A DNA stretch of 62,443 bases, the filler included, from a bacterium (GTDB taxonomy: Bacteria; UBA9089; CG2-30-40-21; SBAY01), in assembly GCA_040757115.1 (NCBI GenBank). It is 6 parts of 6 records of this genome, joined end to end, with 100 filler letters (N's around TTAATTAATTAA, not from the genome) between each part and the next. Parts side by side here need not be neighbours in the genome. Positions count along the whole stretch, not along the records: positions 10,639 to 21,078 come from JBFLYA010000133.1; positions 21,179 to 31,616 come from JBFLYA010000134.1; 4 more parts are not named here. One strand, 5' to 3'. Under the pieces are notes generated by a model. It was not told where the DNA came from, searched no databases, and was given only the letters and a program-made list of their open reading frames with translations. The position numbers and the translations under genes are program-made. The stretch's first letter is position 1. Every line of letters starts with the position of its first letter. Below are positions 12,157 through 23,012 of this stretch, piece after piece.

Positions 12157-12981
12157 ATGAAAAGATTATATAAAAACAAGACAACTTTAATAGGACTAAT
12201 TATAATCACTGTTTTCATTATTCTTGCTATTTGTGCACCGATAATTGCTCCGTATTCCCCTTATGAAATTAACCTGGAACAAAGGCTGAAATCTCCAGAT
12301 TGTCAACATCTTTGTGGCACAGATAATCTTGGACGAGATATATTCTCGCGGATTTTATATGGTGCCCGAATTTCATTAACCGTGGGCACGATAGCGACTT
12401 TTTTAGCCATGTTTATTGGTTTTGTCTTTGGAGGTATCGGAGGTTATGTCGGTGGTAAGATAGATAAATTGATTATTGCCTTAACAGACATTATGTTAGC
12501 CTTTCCTGGGTTACTTCTGGCAATTGGAGTTTCGGTCGCAGTTGGACCAGGTTTAATTACTCTTTATATTGCTTTAGCTACCGTTGGTTGGGCAGAATTT
12601 GCCAGATTAATCAGAGGAATAATTTTATCTCTTAAAGAACAGGATTATATCGAGGCGGCAAGAGTCATTGGCGCCTCTGATGTCCGGATAATTTTAAGAC
12701 ATATCCTGCCAAATATCTTTCCGATAATTATCGTTGTCGCTACTTTAAGGATTGGTGGATATATTTTAAGTGAGGCATCTTTAAGTTTTCTTGGTTTAGG
12801 TGCACAACCACCGACTCCAAGTTGGGGTTCAATCGTCAGCATTGGAAGTAATTTTATCCTTACCGCACCCTGGTTTTCCATTTTCCCTGGACTGGCTATT
12901 GCAACAGTAGTGATTGGTTTCAATCTATCAGGAGACGGACTAAGAGACATTCTTGACCCAAAATTAAAGGGAAAAATTTGA
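12157..12981 (+). CDS. Peptide/nickel ABC transporter permease (DppC/OppC family)
   Basis: GTDNLGRDIFSR, EAARVIGAS, EASLSFLGLG, GDGLRDILDP. Confidence 0.92.
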   Translation: MKRLYKNKTTLIGLIIITVFIILAICAPIIAPYSPYEINLEQRLKSPDCQHLCGTDNLGRDIFSRILYGARISLTVGTIATFLAMFIGFVFGGIGGYVGGKIDKLIIALTDIMLAFPGLLLAIGVSVAVGPGLITLYIALATVGWAEFARLIRGIILSLKEQDYIEAARVIGASDVRIILRHILPNIFPIIIVVATLRIGGYILSEASLSFLGLGAQPPTPSWGSIVSIGSNFILTAPWFSIFPGLAIATVVIGFNLSGDGLRDILDPKLKGKI

Positions 12982-13058
12982 TAACTTTAAATATTTTTGT
13001 TGAAATTTATTCATTTTTAATGTATACTTATGTCGGGTTTCACGAAATTAAAAGTAAG

Positions 13059-13294
13059 GTAACCGTTCACCGCAGAGACGCAAGAGTTCGCAGAGAGGAA
13101 AATATCTTTTTTTTTCGTGTTTTTCGCGTTTTTCGGTGTTTAAAAAGGCTTAAAAACAGTTAGTCGAAAGTCCGTATTAAAAGATTAATAAACAACAAAA
13201 GACCCGCAATGCACAAAAAAAGGAAATTTCTGTTTCTGGTGAATAGATTTTAATTTTTTCTCTGCGTCTCTGTGTCTCTGCGGTGAATAGTTAC
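13059..13294. mobile_element. GTAA-shell element with 8-bp target duplication AAAGTAAG
   Basis: Terminal inverted repeat plus AAAGTAAG at 13051-13058 and 13295-13302. Confidence 0.85.
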
Positions 13295-13360
13295 AAAGTA
13301 AGTAATCGGTTAAATGGTAACTAATTATCATTCACCAGTTACCAAACTGTTGGAGGTAAA

Positions 13361-13519
13361 ATGATGGATAAAGAATTATTAGATATTTTAGCCTGCCCCG
13401 TATGTAAAGGTGATATTACTTATGATGAGGTAAATCAGAAGTTAATCTGTAATGCCTGTGGACGCAAATACCCAATACGAGATGGAATTCCAGTGATGTT
13501 AGAGGAAGAGGCAGAATAG
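13361..13519 (+). CDS. Trm112-family (YcaR-like) protein, 52 aa, not in the ORF track
   Basis: [17 protein letters not shown]...[19 protein letters not shown]. Confidence 0.9.
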   Translation: MMDKELLDILACPVCKGDITYDEVNQKLICNACGRKYPIRDGIPVMLEEEAE

Positions 13520-13594
13520 AGAAAGGTTGAGATTAAGGTTAAGTGGAAAAAGTCAAAGGTTCAGCAGTAACTAATCACTTTTCCTCAACCTCAA

Positions 13595-13962
13595 AAGGGT
13601 TCTGCAAGGAGGAGATAACTAAGAGTTAGACCTGAAATTAAATCAAATATCAAATATTAAAATGCAAAATTACAAATCAAATTTCAAAAAGGAAGGAGCA
13701 TGGTTTCTCAAAGAGTTGGAGGAATTTGGTAATATCTTTGCTTCAAGTATTTTAACGCTGAAATGTAGTAGATAGTTGATAGTTTATAGTTTATAGTTGA
13801 AGGACTATACACTATAAACTATACACTATACACTATAAACTATACACTATAAACCCTAAACTATAAACGAGTTTTGCATTTTGATCTTTGGAGGAAATTG
13901 ATAAGAATAAAGGTTTTAAATACCCGCTTAAAAATACAGTTTCCTGGTTTTGCAGAACTCTA
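13595..13962. mobile_element. TAGGGTTCTGCAAAA-shell element with a four-helix-bundle remnant and TATAGTT/AACTATA arms
   Basis: Ends AAGGGTTCTGCAA / TTGCAGAACTCTA; CAACCTCAA on both flanks. Confidence 0.8.
13662..13775 (+). pseudogene. Internally deleted four-helix-bundle (23S rRNA IVP-like) gene
   Basis: MQNYKSNFKK fused in frame to EGAWFLKELEEFGNIFASSILTLK. Confidence 0.65.
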
Positions 13963-13988
13963 CAACCTCAAAATAAAGGAGACATAAA

Positions 13989-14831
13989 ATGGCCTGGTTT
14001 AGAAAACCTAAATATACCACTATTCCGGTTATACGGAAAAAAGCCGAAGTTCCTGAGGGATTATGGATAAAGTGTAAAGAATGTGGTGAGATGATTTATA
14101 AAAAAGATTGGGAAAGTAATTTTAAGGTGTGCCCTGTGTGTCATTACCACTTTCGATTGAGTAGTCAGGAAAGAATAGCCATTACTTTAGATAAAGATAG
14201 TTTGGTGGAAGATGATGTTGATATTGCACCAATTGATTTTTTAAATTTTACTGATTCCAGGAGTTATAAAGACCGTTTAATTGAGTATCAACAAAAAACA
14301 AAACTTGAAGATGCTGTTGTGAGTGGCACCGGGACAATAAGTGGGTATAAAGTTGTTATTTGTATTTTAGATTTTAGTTTTATGGGTGGAAGTATGGGGT
14401 CAGTTGTGGGAGAGAAGATTACCCGAGCAATTGAAAAGGCTATCTCAATGAGACTGCCTTTAATTATTATCTCAAGTTCAGGTGGGGCAAGGATGCAAGA
14501 AGGGATAATGTCTTTAATGCAAATGGCTAAAACCTCAAGTGCGATTGCGAGATTAAATACCGCTGGGGGACTTTTTATCTCTGTTCTTACTGACCCGACT
14601 ACTGGCGGAGTAACCGCAAGTTTTGCCTCACTTGGTGATATTATCATTGCCGAGTCAAATGCCCTAATAGGGTTTGCTGGACCGCGCGTGATTGAACAAA
14701 CAATAAATCAACAACTGCCAAAGGAATTTCAACGGGCAGAGTTCTTGTTAGAACATGGGCTGGTAGATATGGTTGTCTCTCGTCAGGAGATGAAAAATAC
14801 TATCACCCAGCTTTTAAAACTTTTGAGTTAG
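13989..14831 (+). CDS. accD: Acetyl-CoA carboxylase carboxyltransferase beta subunit
   Basis: Zinc finger CKEC...CPVC, GGSMGSVVGEK, GGARMQEG, GFAGPRVIEQT. Confidence 0.97.
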   Translation: MAWFRKPKYTTIPVIRKKAEVPEGLWIKCKECGEMIYKKDWESNFKVCPVCHYHFRLSSQERIAITLDKDSLVEDDVDIAPIDFLNFTDSRSYKDRLIEYQQKTKLEDAVVSGTGTISGYKVVICILDFSFMGGSMGSVVGEKITRAIEKAISMRLPLIIISSSGGARMQEGIMSLMQMAKTSSAIARLNTAGGLFISVLTDPTTGGVTASFASLGDIIIAESNALIGFAGPRVIEQTINQQLPKEFQRAEFLLEHGLVDMVVSRQEMKNTITQLLKLLS

Positions 14832-14896
14832 AAAAACAGAGGGCAGATACCCTATATATCTAACTTCTGACCCCTGACTCCTGATTTTAGGATTCA

Positions 14897-16366
14897 ATGA
14901 ATACCATATTTTTATCCTTTTTATCTGCCATAATTTTAATTCTGACTCTTTTTTCATTCAACTCAGGGTTTTTAGTCTATTTTGCCTTAATTCCTTTATT
15001 AATAGGGTTAAATAGATTAGCCACGCCAAAATGGGCTTTTGGGGTAGGTTTATTCACCGGGATAATTACCTTTGCCGGGCTATTTTACTGGCTTTGCCTT
15101 TTTAAAATATGGGTATTTTTAGCGATTGTTGGCATTCTTTCACTTTTTATGGCATTATTTTGTTATTTTACTAAGGTCGTCTGGAAACGAAGTAAAAATG
15201 TTTATTTAATCATTCTCTTCCCACCATTTCTCTGGATAACATTACAATATCTTTACAATAATTTTACTCCTCTTGGTTCATTTTGGGCGAATTTAGGTTA
15301 TACCCAGATTAAATACCTACGACTTATTCAAATTATTGATGTTACCGGAACAGATTTCATTACTTTTTTGATTATTGGGATAAATTCCGCCCTTGCTTTT
15401 TGTTTTCATTCTGATTTTCGCAGACAGGCTTTTCGCTCAGGATTGTTATTTTCAGGATGTCTAATTCTCATCTATGGTTATAGTTTCTTTTTAAATTCGG
15501 AGAAATCGAAGGAAATAAAGGTTGCTTCTATTCAGGCTAATTTCTATCAAACCTGGCAGTGGCGAAAAACACATATTGAAGAAATTCTAACTACCTATTC
15601 CAAACTCACTAAAGAGGCAAAAAAAAGATTTAATCCTGACTTTATCCTCTGGGCTGAATATGCCATCCCCACGGATGTCATCCATCAACCTGAATATTAT
15701 AAAATTATTTCTGAATTAGCCAGAGAAATAAAGACTTATTTAGTTTTGGGAAGTTTAACTTATGAAAAAGAAAGGATGTATAATATTGTTCTTGTTTTTT
15801 CACCCGAAGGGGAATTAGTCTCAAAAGTCGGCGAATATGATATTGTTCATCGGAAAATATTACCTGTCCCATTTGGAGAATCACAGATTTCCTCTGGCTA
15901 TGATTATTCACCTTTTAAAACAAAATTTGGTAGATTAGGGGTAATTGTCTGTTATGAAGATACCTTCCCTCAAATTGTAACAAAGATGTCCAGGTTGGGC
16001 GCAGAATATCTATTTGTCTTAGCCAATGATGGTCATTTTAGAAATACTATTGAACCCAGATTACATGCGATGATGAGCACCTTCCGTGCCATCGAAACAA
16101 AACGCTTTATCGTTAGAGTGGCTAATACTGGCATTACCACTACCATCGACCCTTATGGCAGATGTGTTGAAGGCATTATTTACTACCCGGATAAAGATAT
16201 GGCATTTAAAGATATAGAAACAACAAAAAATACTCAACAAATATTCTTGACTAAGATTAATCCATTGTCTAAATTGACCTTTTTTTCACGCTGTCAGGGG
16301 ATATTCACCCTTCTTTCGTTAGTCATAACTATCGGAATGCTTTTATTAGTAGTCAGCAGACAATAA
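14897..16366 (+). CDS. lnt: Apolipoprotein N-acyltransferase
   Basis: TM N-terminus plus nitrilase fold: WAE, K..PVPFGE, VCYED, ANTG. Confidence 0.88.
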   Translation: MNTIFLSFLSAIILILTLFSFNSGFLVYFALIPLLIGLNRLATPKWAFGVGLFTGIITFAGLFYWLCLFKIWVFLAIVGILSLFMALFCYFTKVVWKRSKNVYLIILFPPFLWITLQYLYNNFTPLGSFWANLGYTQIKYLRLIQIIDVTGTDFITFLIIGINSALAFCFHSDFRRQAFRSGLLFSGCLILIYGYSFFLNSEKSKEIKVASIQANFYQTWQWRKTHIEEILTTYSKLTKEAKKRFNPDFILWAEYAIPTDVIHQPEYYKIISELAREIKTYLVLGSLTYEKERMYNIVLVFSPEGELVSKVGEYDIVHRKILPVPFGESQISSGYDYSPFKTKFGRLGVIVCYEDTFPQIVTKMSRLGAEYLFVLANDGHFRNTIEPRLHAMMSTFRAIETKRFIVRVANTGITTTIDPYGRCVEGIIYYPDKDMAFKDIETTKNTQQIFLTKINPLSKLTFFSRCQGIFTLLSLVITIGMLLLVVSRQ

Positions 16367-16407
16367 CCGATTAAGTAAGATACTGTTCACTTTTAAAGAG
16401 GTCCAGC

Positions 16408-17529
16408 ATGTTAGAACGAGTAATGTTATCCTATATCAATATTACTACCGGTCATAGAAAAGCCGCTCAGTCTATCCATAAAACATTGAATTTGATTTAT
16501 CCCGGAATAGATGTTTTAGAAATTGACCCACTTGGATATTTTCACCCTAAACTTGAAAATATCATTGGAAAGATTTATTTTGAAATAATCAAGACAAATC
16601 CAGATTTCTGGGATTTTATATATGACAATGAACAGATAGTTAAATTGACGGCTAAGATTAGACAGGCACTTAACGCCTTGAATTCTACTCGATTACATAA
16701 ATTATTTTCATCATTTAATCCTCAAGTTGTCATTTGTACCCATGCCCTTCCTTGTGGGATATTTTCTGCTTTAAAAAAGAAGTTAGATGACTTTTCACTA
16801 ATTGGGGTAATTACAGACTTTGATATTCATAATTACTGGATTCATGAGAATGTGTCTTACTATGTTGTCTCAAATGACGAGACCGCTAAAAAACTCGAGG
16901 AAAAGAGGATTAATAAAGAAAGGATTAAGATTTTAGGTATTCCTATTGACCCGGTATTTACAGAAGATAAGGACATTTATAATTTAAAGAAAAAATATGA
17001 GTTAAAAGATGACCTGCCAACGATTTTAATTATGGGAGGTGGATTAGGATTGGGCCCGATAGACAAGATAGTTCATTGTCTCAATAAGATAAAAAATATT
17101 GATTTCCAAGTTATAGTTGTTGCAGGCACAAATAAGGAATTAGAGTTAAAACTTAGAGAAATATCCGCTACTCTACCAAAATTAACTAAGGTATTTGGTT
17201 ATGTGAATTTTATAGATGAATTAATGAAAATATCGAATATCCTTATTGGCAAACCAGGGGGGCTAACCACGGCTGAAAGTTTAGCCTGTGGCTTACCAAT
17301 GCTCATTGTCAATCCCATCCCGGGGCAGGAAGAAAGAAACACTCAATATCTGATTTCTCAAGGTGTGGCGATAAAAGTAAGCAATGAATTTGAAATACAA
17401 AAAACAATCCAGGAATTATTAATTACTCCAGAAAATTTACTTAAGATGCGCCAGAAAACCTCAAATATTAGCAAGCCTAAATCTGCCTTTGATATAATTA
17501 AAGTAGCTCAGGATTCTATCCTAACATAA
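16408..17529 (+). CDS. MGDG synthase/UgtP-like glycosyltransferase (GT28)
   Basis: GHRKAA, ITDF, MGGGLGLG, KPGGLT, PIPGQEERN. Confidence 0.88.
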   Translation: MLERVMLSYINITTGHRKAAQSIHKTLNLIYPGIDVLEIDPLGYFHPKLENIIGKIYFEIIKTNPDFWDFIYDNEQIVKLTAKIRQALNALNSTRLHKLFSSFNPQVVICTHALPCGIFSALKKKLDDFSLIGVITDFDIHNYWIHENVSYYVVSNDETAKKLEEKRINKERIKILGIPIDPVFTEDKDIYNLKKKYELKDDLPTILIMGGGLGLGPIDKIVHCLNKIKNIDFQVIVVAGTNKELELKLREISATLPKLTKVFGYVNFIDELMKISNILIGKPGGLTTAESLACGLPMLIVNPIPGQEERNTQYLISQGVAIKVSNEFEIQKTIQELLITPENLLKMRQKTSNISKPKSAFDIIKVAQDSILT

Positions 17530-17537
17530 TCTCATTG

Positions 17538-17905
17538 TAGGGTTCTGCAAAATAGGATTTGGGGAAGACGACAAATAAATATCAAATATCAAAATGCAAA
17601 ATTACAAATCAAATTTCAAAAAGGACTTCAAGTATTTTAACGTTGAAAGGAAAGAGATAATTTTACTGAACTTTGGCAAATTTGCAAATTCTCTGAAAAA
17701 CTTAAAACTAAAAGCGTAAAACCAAAAACCGTTGATAGTTGATAGTTGATAGTAGATAGTTGATAGTTGAAGGACTATAGACTATAAACCATAAACTATA
17801 AACTATAAACGAGTTTTGCATTTTGCTCTTTGGAGGTAATTGATAAAAATAGAGGTTTTAAATACCTGCTTAAAAACTACAGTTTCTTGGTTTTGCAGAA
17901 CCATA
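17538..17905. mobile_element. TAGGGTTCTGCAAAA-shell element with 12-bp target duplication
   Basis: ATAATCTCATTG at 17526-17537 and 17906-17917; contains SSILTLKGKR* remnant. Confidence 0.85.
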
Positions 17906-18209
17906 ATAATCTCATTGAAGTGGTAGGATAGAAAAAAACGATAAAACCCCTTGTATTTTAATGAGTTTTGTGGTATACTTATTATAACCACAATGGTTAA
18001 AAAAACGTACTGTGTCAAACGGGTTAAAAAATACCTTTATACAGGCTAAAGAGTAGTATGACCATTTCTATGTCCATTTTTCGGTTCTTGATTTTTCACT
18101 TGACTTAAATAGTTTTTATATACTATAATTATCGGAGTGGGCTTTTTGTCCTAAAAAAAAGCTGAGAAGGATATTCCTATGACACTTTTCCCAAATTGCC
18201 CAAAAATCA

Positions 18210-18263
18210 AAATTCCTATCAGCTATCAGCAAATTCCTATCAGCAATCGAAATTTCTATCAGC
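18210..18263 (+). repeat. Three direct copies of AAATT(C/T)CTATCAGC
   Basis: Copies at 18210, 18231 and 18250. Confidence 0.7.
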
Positions 18264-18405
18264 TTAAGGGAAGTGGATGTATGAGTGAATCTACCATTGC
18301 GGTCTAAGAAGGAAATGAAACGAGGTTAAGTACAATATATAACATTCCGAACCCTTTGCTAACAACGACGAATAAATAATCAGTTGAACGATATGGTGAA
18401 ATACA

Positions 18406-19155
18406 ATGAGTAACGACATATCCAGTAAGGATCTAAAACTTCTATGGTCAAGAAGTGGAAATAGATGTGCATTCCCCGGATGCAATAGTCTCTTGATTAA
18501 AGATAGGACAAGAGGGGATAAGGAGGCTATTATTGGAGATATGGCTCATATTGAGGGTGAGAAACCAGGTTCAGCAAGATATAATCCTGATATGACTGAG
18601 AGAGAAAGGAGTTCGTATTCCAATCGTATTGTACTTTGTAGAAATCATCATAAAATAGTAGATGATCAACCACAAGAATATTCTGTTCAAAGATTGAAAG
18701 AGATGAAAAATAAACATGAAGAATGGATTGAAGATTCTACCGAAAAAGAAATTTTAAATATTACTTTTGCAGAATTGAGTATTGTCACAAAATATCTCAT
18801 TTCTGATCAATCAGAGCCGCCTGATAGATACGACATTATACCGCCTAAGGATAAAATAAAGAAAAATATGTTATCTTCAAGAATTGAACGGTCAATAGTG
18901 AATGGGATGACACAAGTAAAGCAAGTAGCTGATTTCATTAATAAAGTTCCAGATATTGAATTCAGTGATAGACTTAAAGCAGGCTTTGTAAACGAATATA
19001 ATAAATTGAAAAACATTGATGGATTTATGGGTGATGATTTATTCGATGCCCTCGTAGGTTTTGCTTCAGGAGAATCTAGTGATTTTAAACAGAAAGCTGC
19101 AGGATTAGCAGTTTTGGTATACTTATTTGAGAAATGTGAGGTGTTTGAACAATGA
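18406..19155 (+). CDS. HNH endonuclease effector with ABC three-component C-terminal domain (LmuA-like)
   Basis: SGNRCAFPGC, AHI, N.IVLCRNHHKIVD; C-terminal YLFEKCEVFE. Confidence 0.8.
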   Translation: MSNDISSKDLKLLWSRSGNRCAFPGCNSLLIKDRTRGDKEAIIGDMAHIEGEKPGSARYNPDMTERERSSYSNRIVLCRNHHKIVDDQPQEYSVQRLKEMKNKHEEWIEDSTEKEILNITFAELSIVTKYLISDQSEPPDRYDIIPPKDKIKKNMLSSRIERSIVNGMTQVKQVADFINKVPDIEFSDRLKAGFVNEYNKLKNIDGFMGDDLFDALVGFASGESSDFKQKAAGLAVLVYLFEKCEVFEQ

Positions 19156-19379
19156 TACTCCCAAACAAGCATATTCAAATATCAAACTCTATATTAAATC
19201 TGGGGGCAATTCTATTAGACAATATTACAACAAACCAAACTGTCAGTCTACTCTGGGACAAAGTAAGGGAATTATCTGAGGTAAGAAATTTTGAAAGATT
19301 TACTTTGGGGTTAGATTTATTATTCATTTTAGGTATTGTTGAATTGAAAGATGGAATAATTAGGAGGGTTGAAAAATGA
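19152..19379 (+). CDS. ABC three-component middle component (LmuC-like)
   Basis: MILPNKHI...LWD...LDLLFILG; ATGA-coupled on both sides. Confidence 0.75.
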   Translation: MILPNKHIQISNSILNLGAILLDNITTNQTVSLLWDKVRELSEVRNFERFTLGLDLLFILGIVELKDGIIRRVEK

Positions 19380-21078
19380 TTCATTCAATAGAGTGTGATA
19401 ATCCCTCATTTAAAAAAATCGTTTTCAAAGATGGGCTTAATGTTATACTCGCTGAAAGAACTAAAGAAGCGACTATAAAAGATTCAAGAAATGGTCTTGG
19501 AAAATCTACCTTAATAGAAATAATCCATTTTTGCCTGGGTGCTGACAAGAGAGAGACATTGAAGAATCCACGGTTGGATAATTGGACATTTATACTAAAT
19601 TTAGACTTGGGTGGGAAAACATATTCTATATCCCGTAATACCGCAGACAATAATAAGATAATTATTGAAGGAGATTGTTCCGATTGGAAGATTAAACCTA
19701 CTATTGATGAGAAATCCAGGAAGCAAATTATTTCCAGGAATGATTGGAAGAAATGCTTAGGTATTTTAATGTTCAACCTTCAGCCGATTTATGACGAATT
19801 TGAATATGTACCGACTTTTAGAAGCTTAATTTCATACTTCATTAGACAAAATGGACAAAGAGGCGGTTTTCTTACCCCTTTTCAGCAATACAAGAGCCAA
19901 CGAGAATGGGATATTCAAATCAATAATGCTTTTTTACTTAGTCTTGGTTGGGAATATGCCTCGAAACTACAAGTTATTAAAGATAGAGTAAAATTTTTGA
20001 ACCATCTCAAAAAAGAAGCACAGTCTGGTTTACTTGCAAATCTTATGGGAAACATTGGAGAATTAGAAGCACTGAAAATTAGGATAGAGGCACAAGTTCA
20101 AGATGAGGACTCCCAATTAAGAAGTTTTAAGGTTCATAATCAGTATAACCAGATTGAAAGAAATGCCGATAATTTGACAAAAAATATACATGAATTAGTT
20201 AATCTGAATATGACTGATAGAATGATTCTTGAACATTATGAAGGGAGTTTGAGTGAGGAGAAGGATGCAAGAACCGACAAAATCATCAAGATTTACAAAG
20301 AGGCTGGATTAGTATTCATGGATATAGTAACAAAAAAAATCGATGAAGTTCTTGATTTCCATCGTAAAGTAGTAGCCAACAGAAAGGATTTCTTAGCAAA
20401 CGAGATGGATAGAATTAGAGGCAATATTTCTCGTCGAGAAGATGAAATAAAAAAAATGACATCCCAACGAACAGAGTTAATGCAGATTTTACAAAGTCAT
20501 GGTGCATTAGAGGAATTTAACGAATTACAGAAGAATCATCAGAATAGTGTCTCTCAGTTAAAGGATATATCCATAAGATTAGAAAATTTAAAGAAATTTG
20601 AACAGGGAAAGAGTGGAATATCTATTGAACAGGAACTTCTTCATCAACAGGCAAACAGAGATTTGAGTGAGAGAGAGTTTCAAAGAAGAGATGCAATTTT
20701 AACATTTAATGAAAGTTCAGAAGCACTTTATGAAGTACCTGGAACACTATCCATAGATTTTACGAAAAAAGGATTTAAATTTGGAATTAATATAGAACGT
20801 TCAGGCAGCCACGGTATAAGTAACATGAAAATTTTTTGCTATGATTTAATGTTGGCAAAATTGTGGGCAAAAAGAACGAAGACACCAATATTCTTAATTC
20901 ATGACAGCAATATTTTTGATGGTGTCGATGAACGACAGAGGGCATTAGCTCTACAATTGGCAGCATCTGAATCTTCTAAACATGGATTTCAGTATATTTG
21001 TACCTTCAACTCAGACATGATTCCCCAAAAAGATTTTAGAGGCGATTTCGATTTTTCCAGTAATGTAGTCAGGAAACT
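19376..21078 (+). CDS. SMC/SbcC-like ABC ATPase, DUF2326 type (LmuB-like); 3' end cut by contig end
   Basis: Walker A NGLGKST, coiled coil, SGSHG signature, FLIHDS...FDGVDERQ. Confidence 0.82.
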
Positions 21079-21178
21079 NNNNNNNNNNNNNNNNNNNNNN
21101 NNNNNNNNNNNNNNNNNNNNNNTTAATTAATTAANNNNNNNNNNNNNNNNNNNNNNNNNNNNNNNNNNNNNNNNNNNN
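21079..21178. other. Artificial contig linker
   Basis: N44-TTAATTAATTAA-N44. Confidence 0.98.
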
Positions 21179-21296
21179 ACTAATAATTAATTTTTTAATT
21201 TTATTTTCAACCCCCACCCCCCAATCTTGGGGGCTTTAATAAGGAATTAGGATTGTGGCATTCAAAATGACCAACAATATATATTATACGAGGACG

Positions 21297-21377
21297 ATGA
21301 AAATTGAGCATAGAGATTAGCAAGAGTGCAGGTTCTAATTCACTAATTCACTAATCTCTAATTAACTATTTTCAGGA
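21297..21377 (+). mobile_element. TGAAAAT...ATTTTCAGGAG cassette supplying the ftsE RBS
   Basis: Interior closely matches the reverse complement of 30391-30474. Confidence 0.6.
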
Positions 21378-21385
21378 GAGTTAAA

Positions 21386-22054
21386 ATGATTGAATTTCGT
21401 TATCTAACTAAAATTTATAATCACGGCATTCGGGCATTGAATAATATTACTTTTAAAATTGAGCGAGGGGAATTTGTCTTTTTGGTTGGACACTCTGGAG
21501 CAGGCAAAACTACCCTTTTACGAATGCTTTATGTCGATGAACGACCAAGCTCTGGATTTGTCTTCGTCGCCAATAAAGATGTTGGTAATATGCCTGAGCG
21601 AAATATACCTTATTTACGAAGACGAATTGGCATTGTATTTCAAGATTTTAAATTGTTATATTCAAAGTCAGTTTTTGACAATGTTGCTTTTGCCTTACGA
21701 GTAACCGGGATTAATGAATCTGAGGTTTATAAAAGAACGATTAAGGCATTAAATATCGTGGAATTGACTCAAAAAAAATCCTGTCTTCCACATGAATTAT
21801 CCGGCGGAGAACAACAACGGGTTGCAATTGCCAGGGCAATAATAAATGACCCAACTATCCTCTTAGCTGATGAACCTACAGGAAATTTAGATGCACAATT
21901 GACTGATGGAATTATAAATCTATTTCTGAATGCTAATCAACAGGGAACAACCGTAATAATCGCCACGCATAACCTGGATTTAGCCACAAGATATGGCGGG
22001 AGAATAATTCATCTCGCCAATGGTGAGATAGTTGAAAATGGAGTTTTGGTATGA
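21386..22054 (+). CDS. ftsE: Cell division ATP-binding protein FtsE
   Basis: GHSGAGKT, LRRRIGIVFQDFKLL, LSGGEQQR; upstream of ftsX. Confidence 0.95.
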   Translation: MIEFRYLTKIYNHGIRALNNITFKIERGEFVFLVGHSGAGKTTLLRMLYVDERPSSGFVFVANKDVGNMPERNIPYLRRRIGIVFQDFKLLYSKSVFDNVAFALRVTGINESEVYKRTIKALNIVELTQKKSCLPHELSGGEQQRVAIARAIINDPTILLADEPTGNLDAQLTDGIINLFLNANQQGTTVIIATHNLDLATRYGGRIIHLANGEIVENGVLV

Positions 22055-22944
22055 TTAAATATTTTGTTAAAGAGGCCCTCTTGAATTTTAAACGAGCAGG
22101 TTTAATGAGTTATGCCAGTATTGGAATAATCACTATTACCCTATTCATCTTAAGCCTGTTTTTACTATTTACAACTAATGTGAAAGGAATAGTTGATATC
22201 TTTTTAGTCAAAAGGACATCAATTATCGTTTATCTAAAAAGTGGATTGTCTGAAACAGAAATTATTGAATTTGAGAAAATAATAGGAGAGAAAGAAGAGG
22301 TCAGTCAGGTAATTTATATTTCAAAAGAAGAGGCTCTCCAAAAATTTAGAGAGAATTTAGGAGAAAAGAAGGATATTTTGAATAACCTCCCCTGTAATCC
22401 ATTACCAAATTATTTAGAGGTTAAGTTAAAGGGTAGCAAGTTTATCTGGGATGAAGTAGGTAAAATAGCTGAGGAACTCAAAAAATCTGAATTAGTCACT
22501 GAGGTAGATTATGGACAAAGAGTAGTAAATATCCTGGCTAAAATTACTTATGGATTAAGAATAATAATTCTCGGCGTAGGTATTATTTTATGTATAGCGA
22601 CTTTAATAATTATCTCAAATACCATTGAATTAGGACTTTTTGCCCGAGGAGAGGAAATAACCATTATGAGATTAGTTGGGGCAACTAATTGGTTTATTCG
22701 TTTCCCGGCATTAATCGAAGGAACATTACAAGGAATAATAAGTGGAGGAATGGCTATTGGGTTATTATGGTTCATTTATAAATTTATTATATTCAAATTA
22801 TGGATATCTGATGCCTTTTTTCAACTTATACCGATTAAATTTCTTCCTGTAGAATCCATATTAGGCATACTTTCAGCCAGTGCTGTTCTGGGATGTCTGG
22901 GAAGTTTTCTTTCTTTACATTATTTCTTAAAATCGAAAAAATAA
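22051..22944 (+). CDS. ftsX: Cell division permease FtsX
   Basis: SKEEAL, NPLP, EITIMRLVGATNWFIRFP..EG. Confidence 0.92.
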   Translation: MIKYFVKEALLNFKRAGLMSYASIGIITITLFILSLFLLFTTNVKGIVDIFLVKRTSIIVYLKSGLSETEIIEFEKIIGEKEEVSQVIYISKEEALQKFRENLGEKKDILNNLPCNPLPNYLEVKLKGSKFIWDEVGKIAEELKKSELVTEVDYGQRVVNILAKITYGLRIIILGVGIILCIATLIIISNTIELGLFARGEEITIMRLVGATNWFIRFPALIEGTLQGIISGGMAIGLLWFIYKFIIFKLWISDAFFQLIPIKFLPVESILGILSASAVLGCLGSFLSLHYFLKSKK

Positions 22945-23012
22945 CAATTGGTAATTGGTAACTGGTAATTAGCTACCAATTTAACCAGTTACCAAGAAAT
23001 AAGGGAGGATTT

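Noticed and set aside
18355-18395. CTAAC...GTTGAAC as an integron attC site
   Set aside because: Too short, no convincing L boxes, no integrase.
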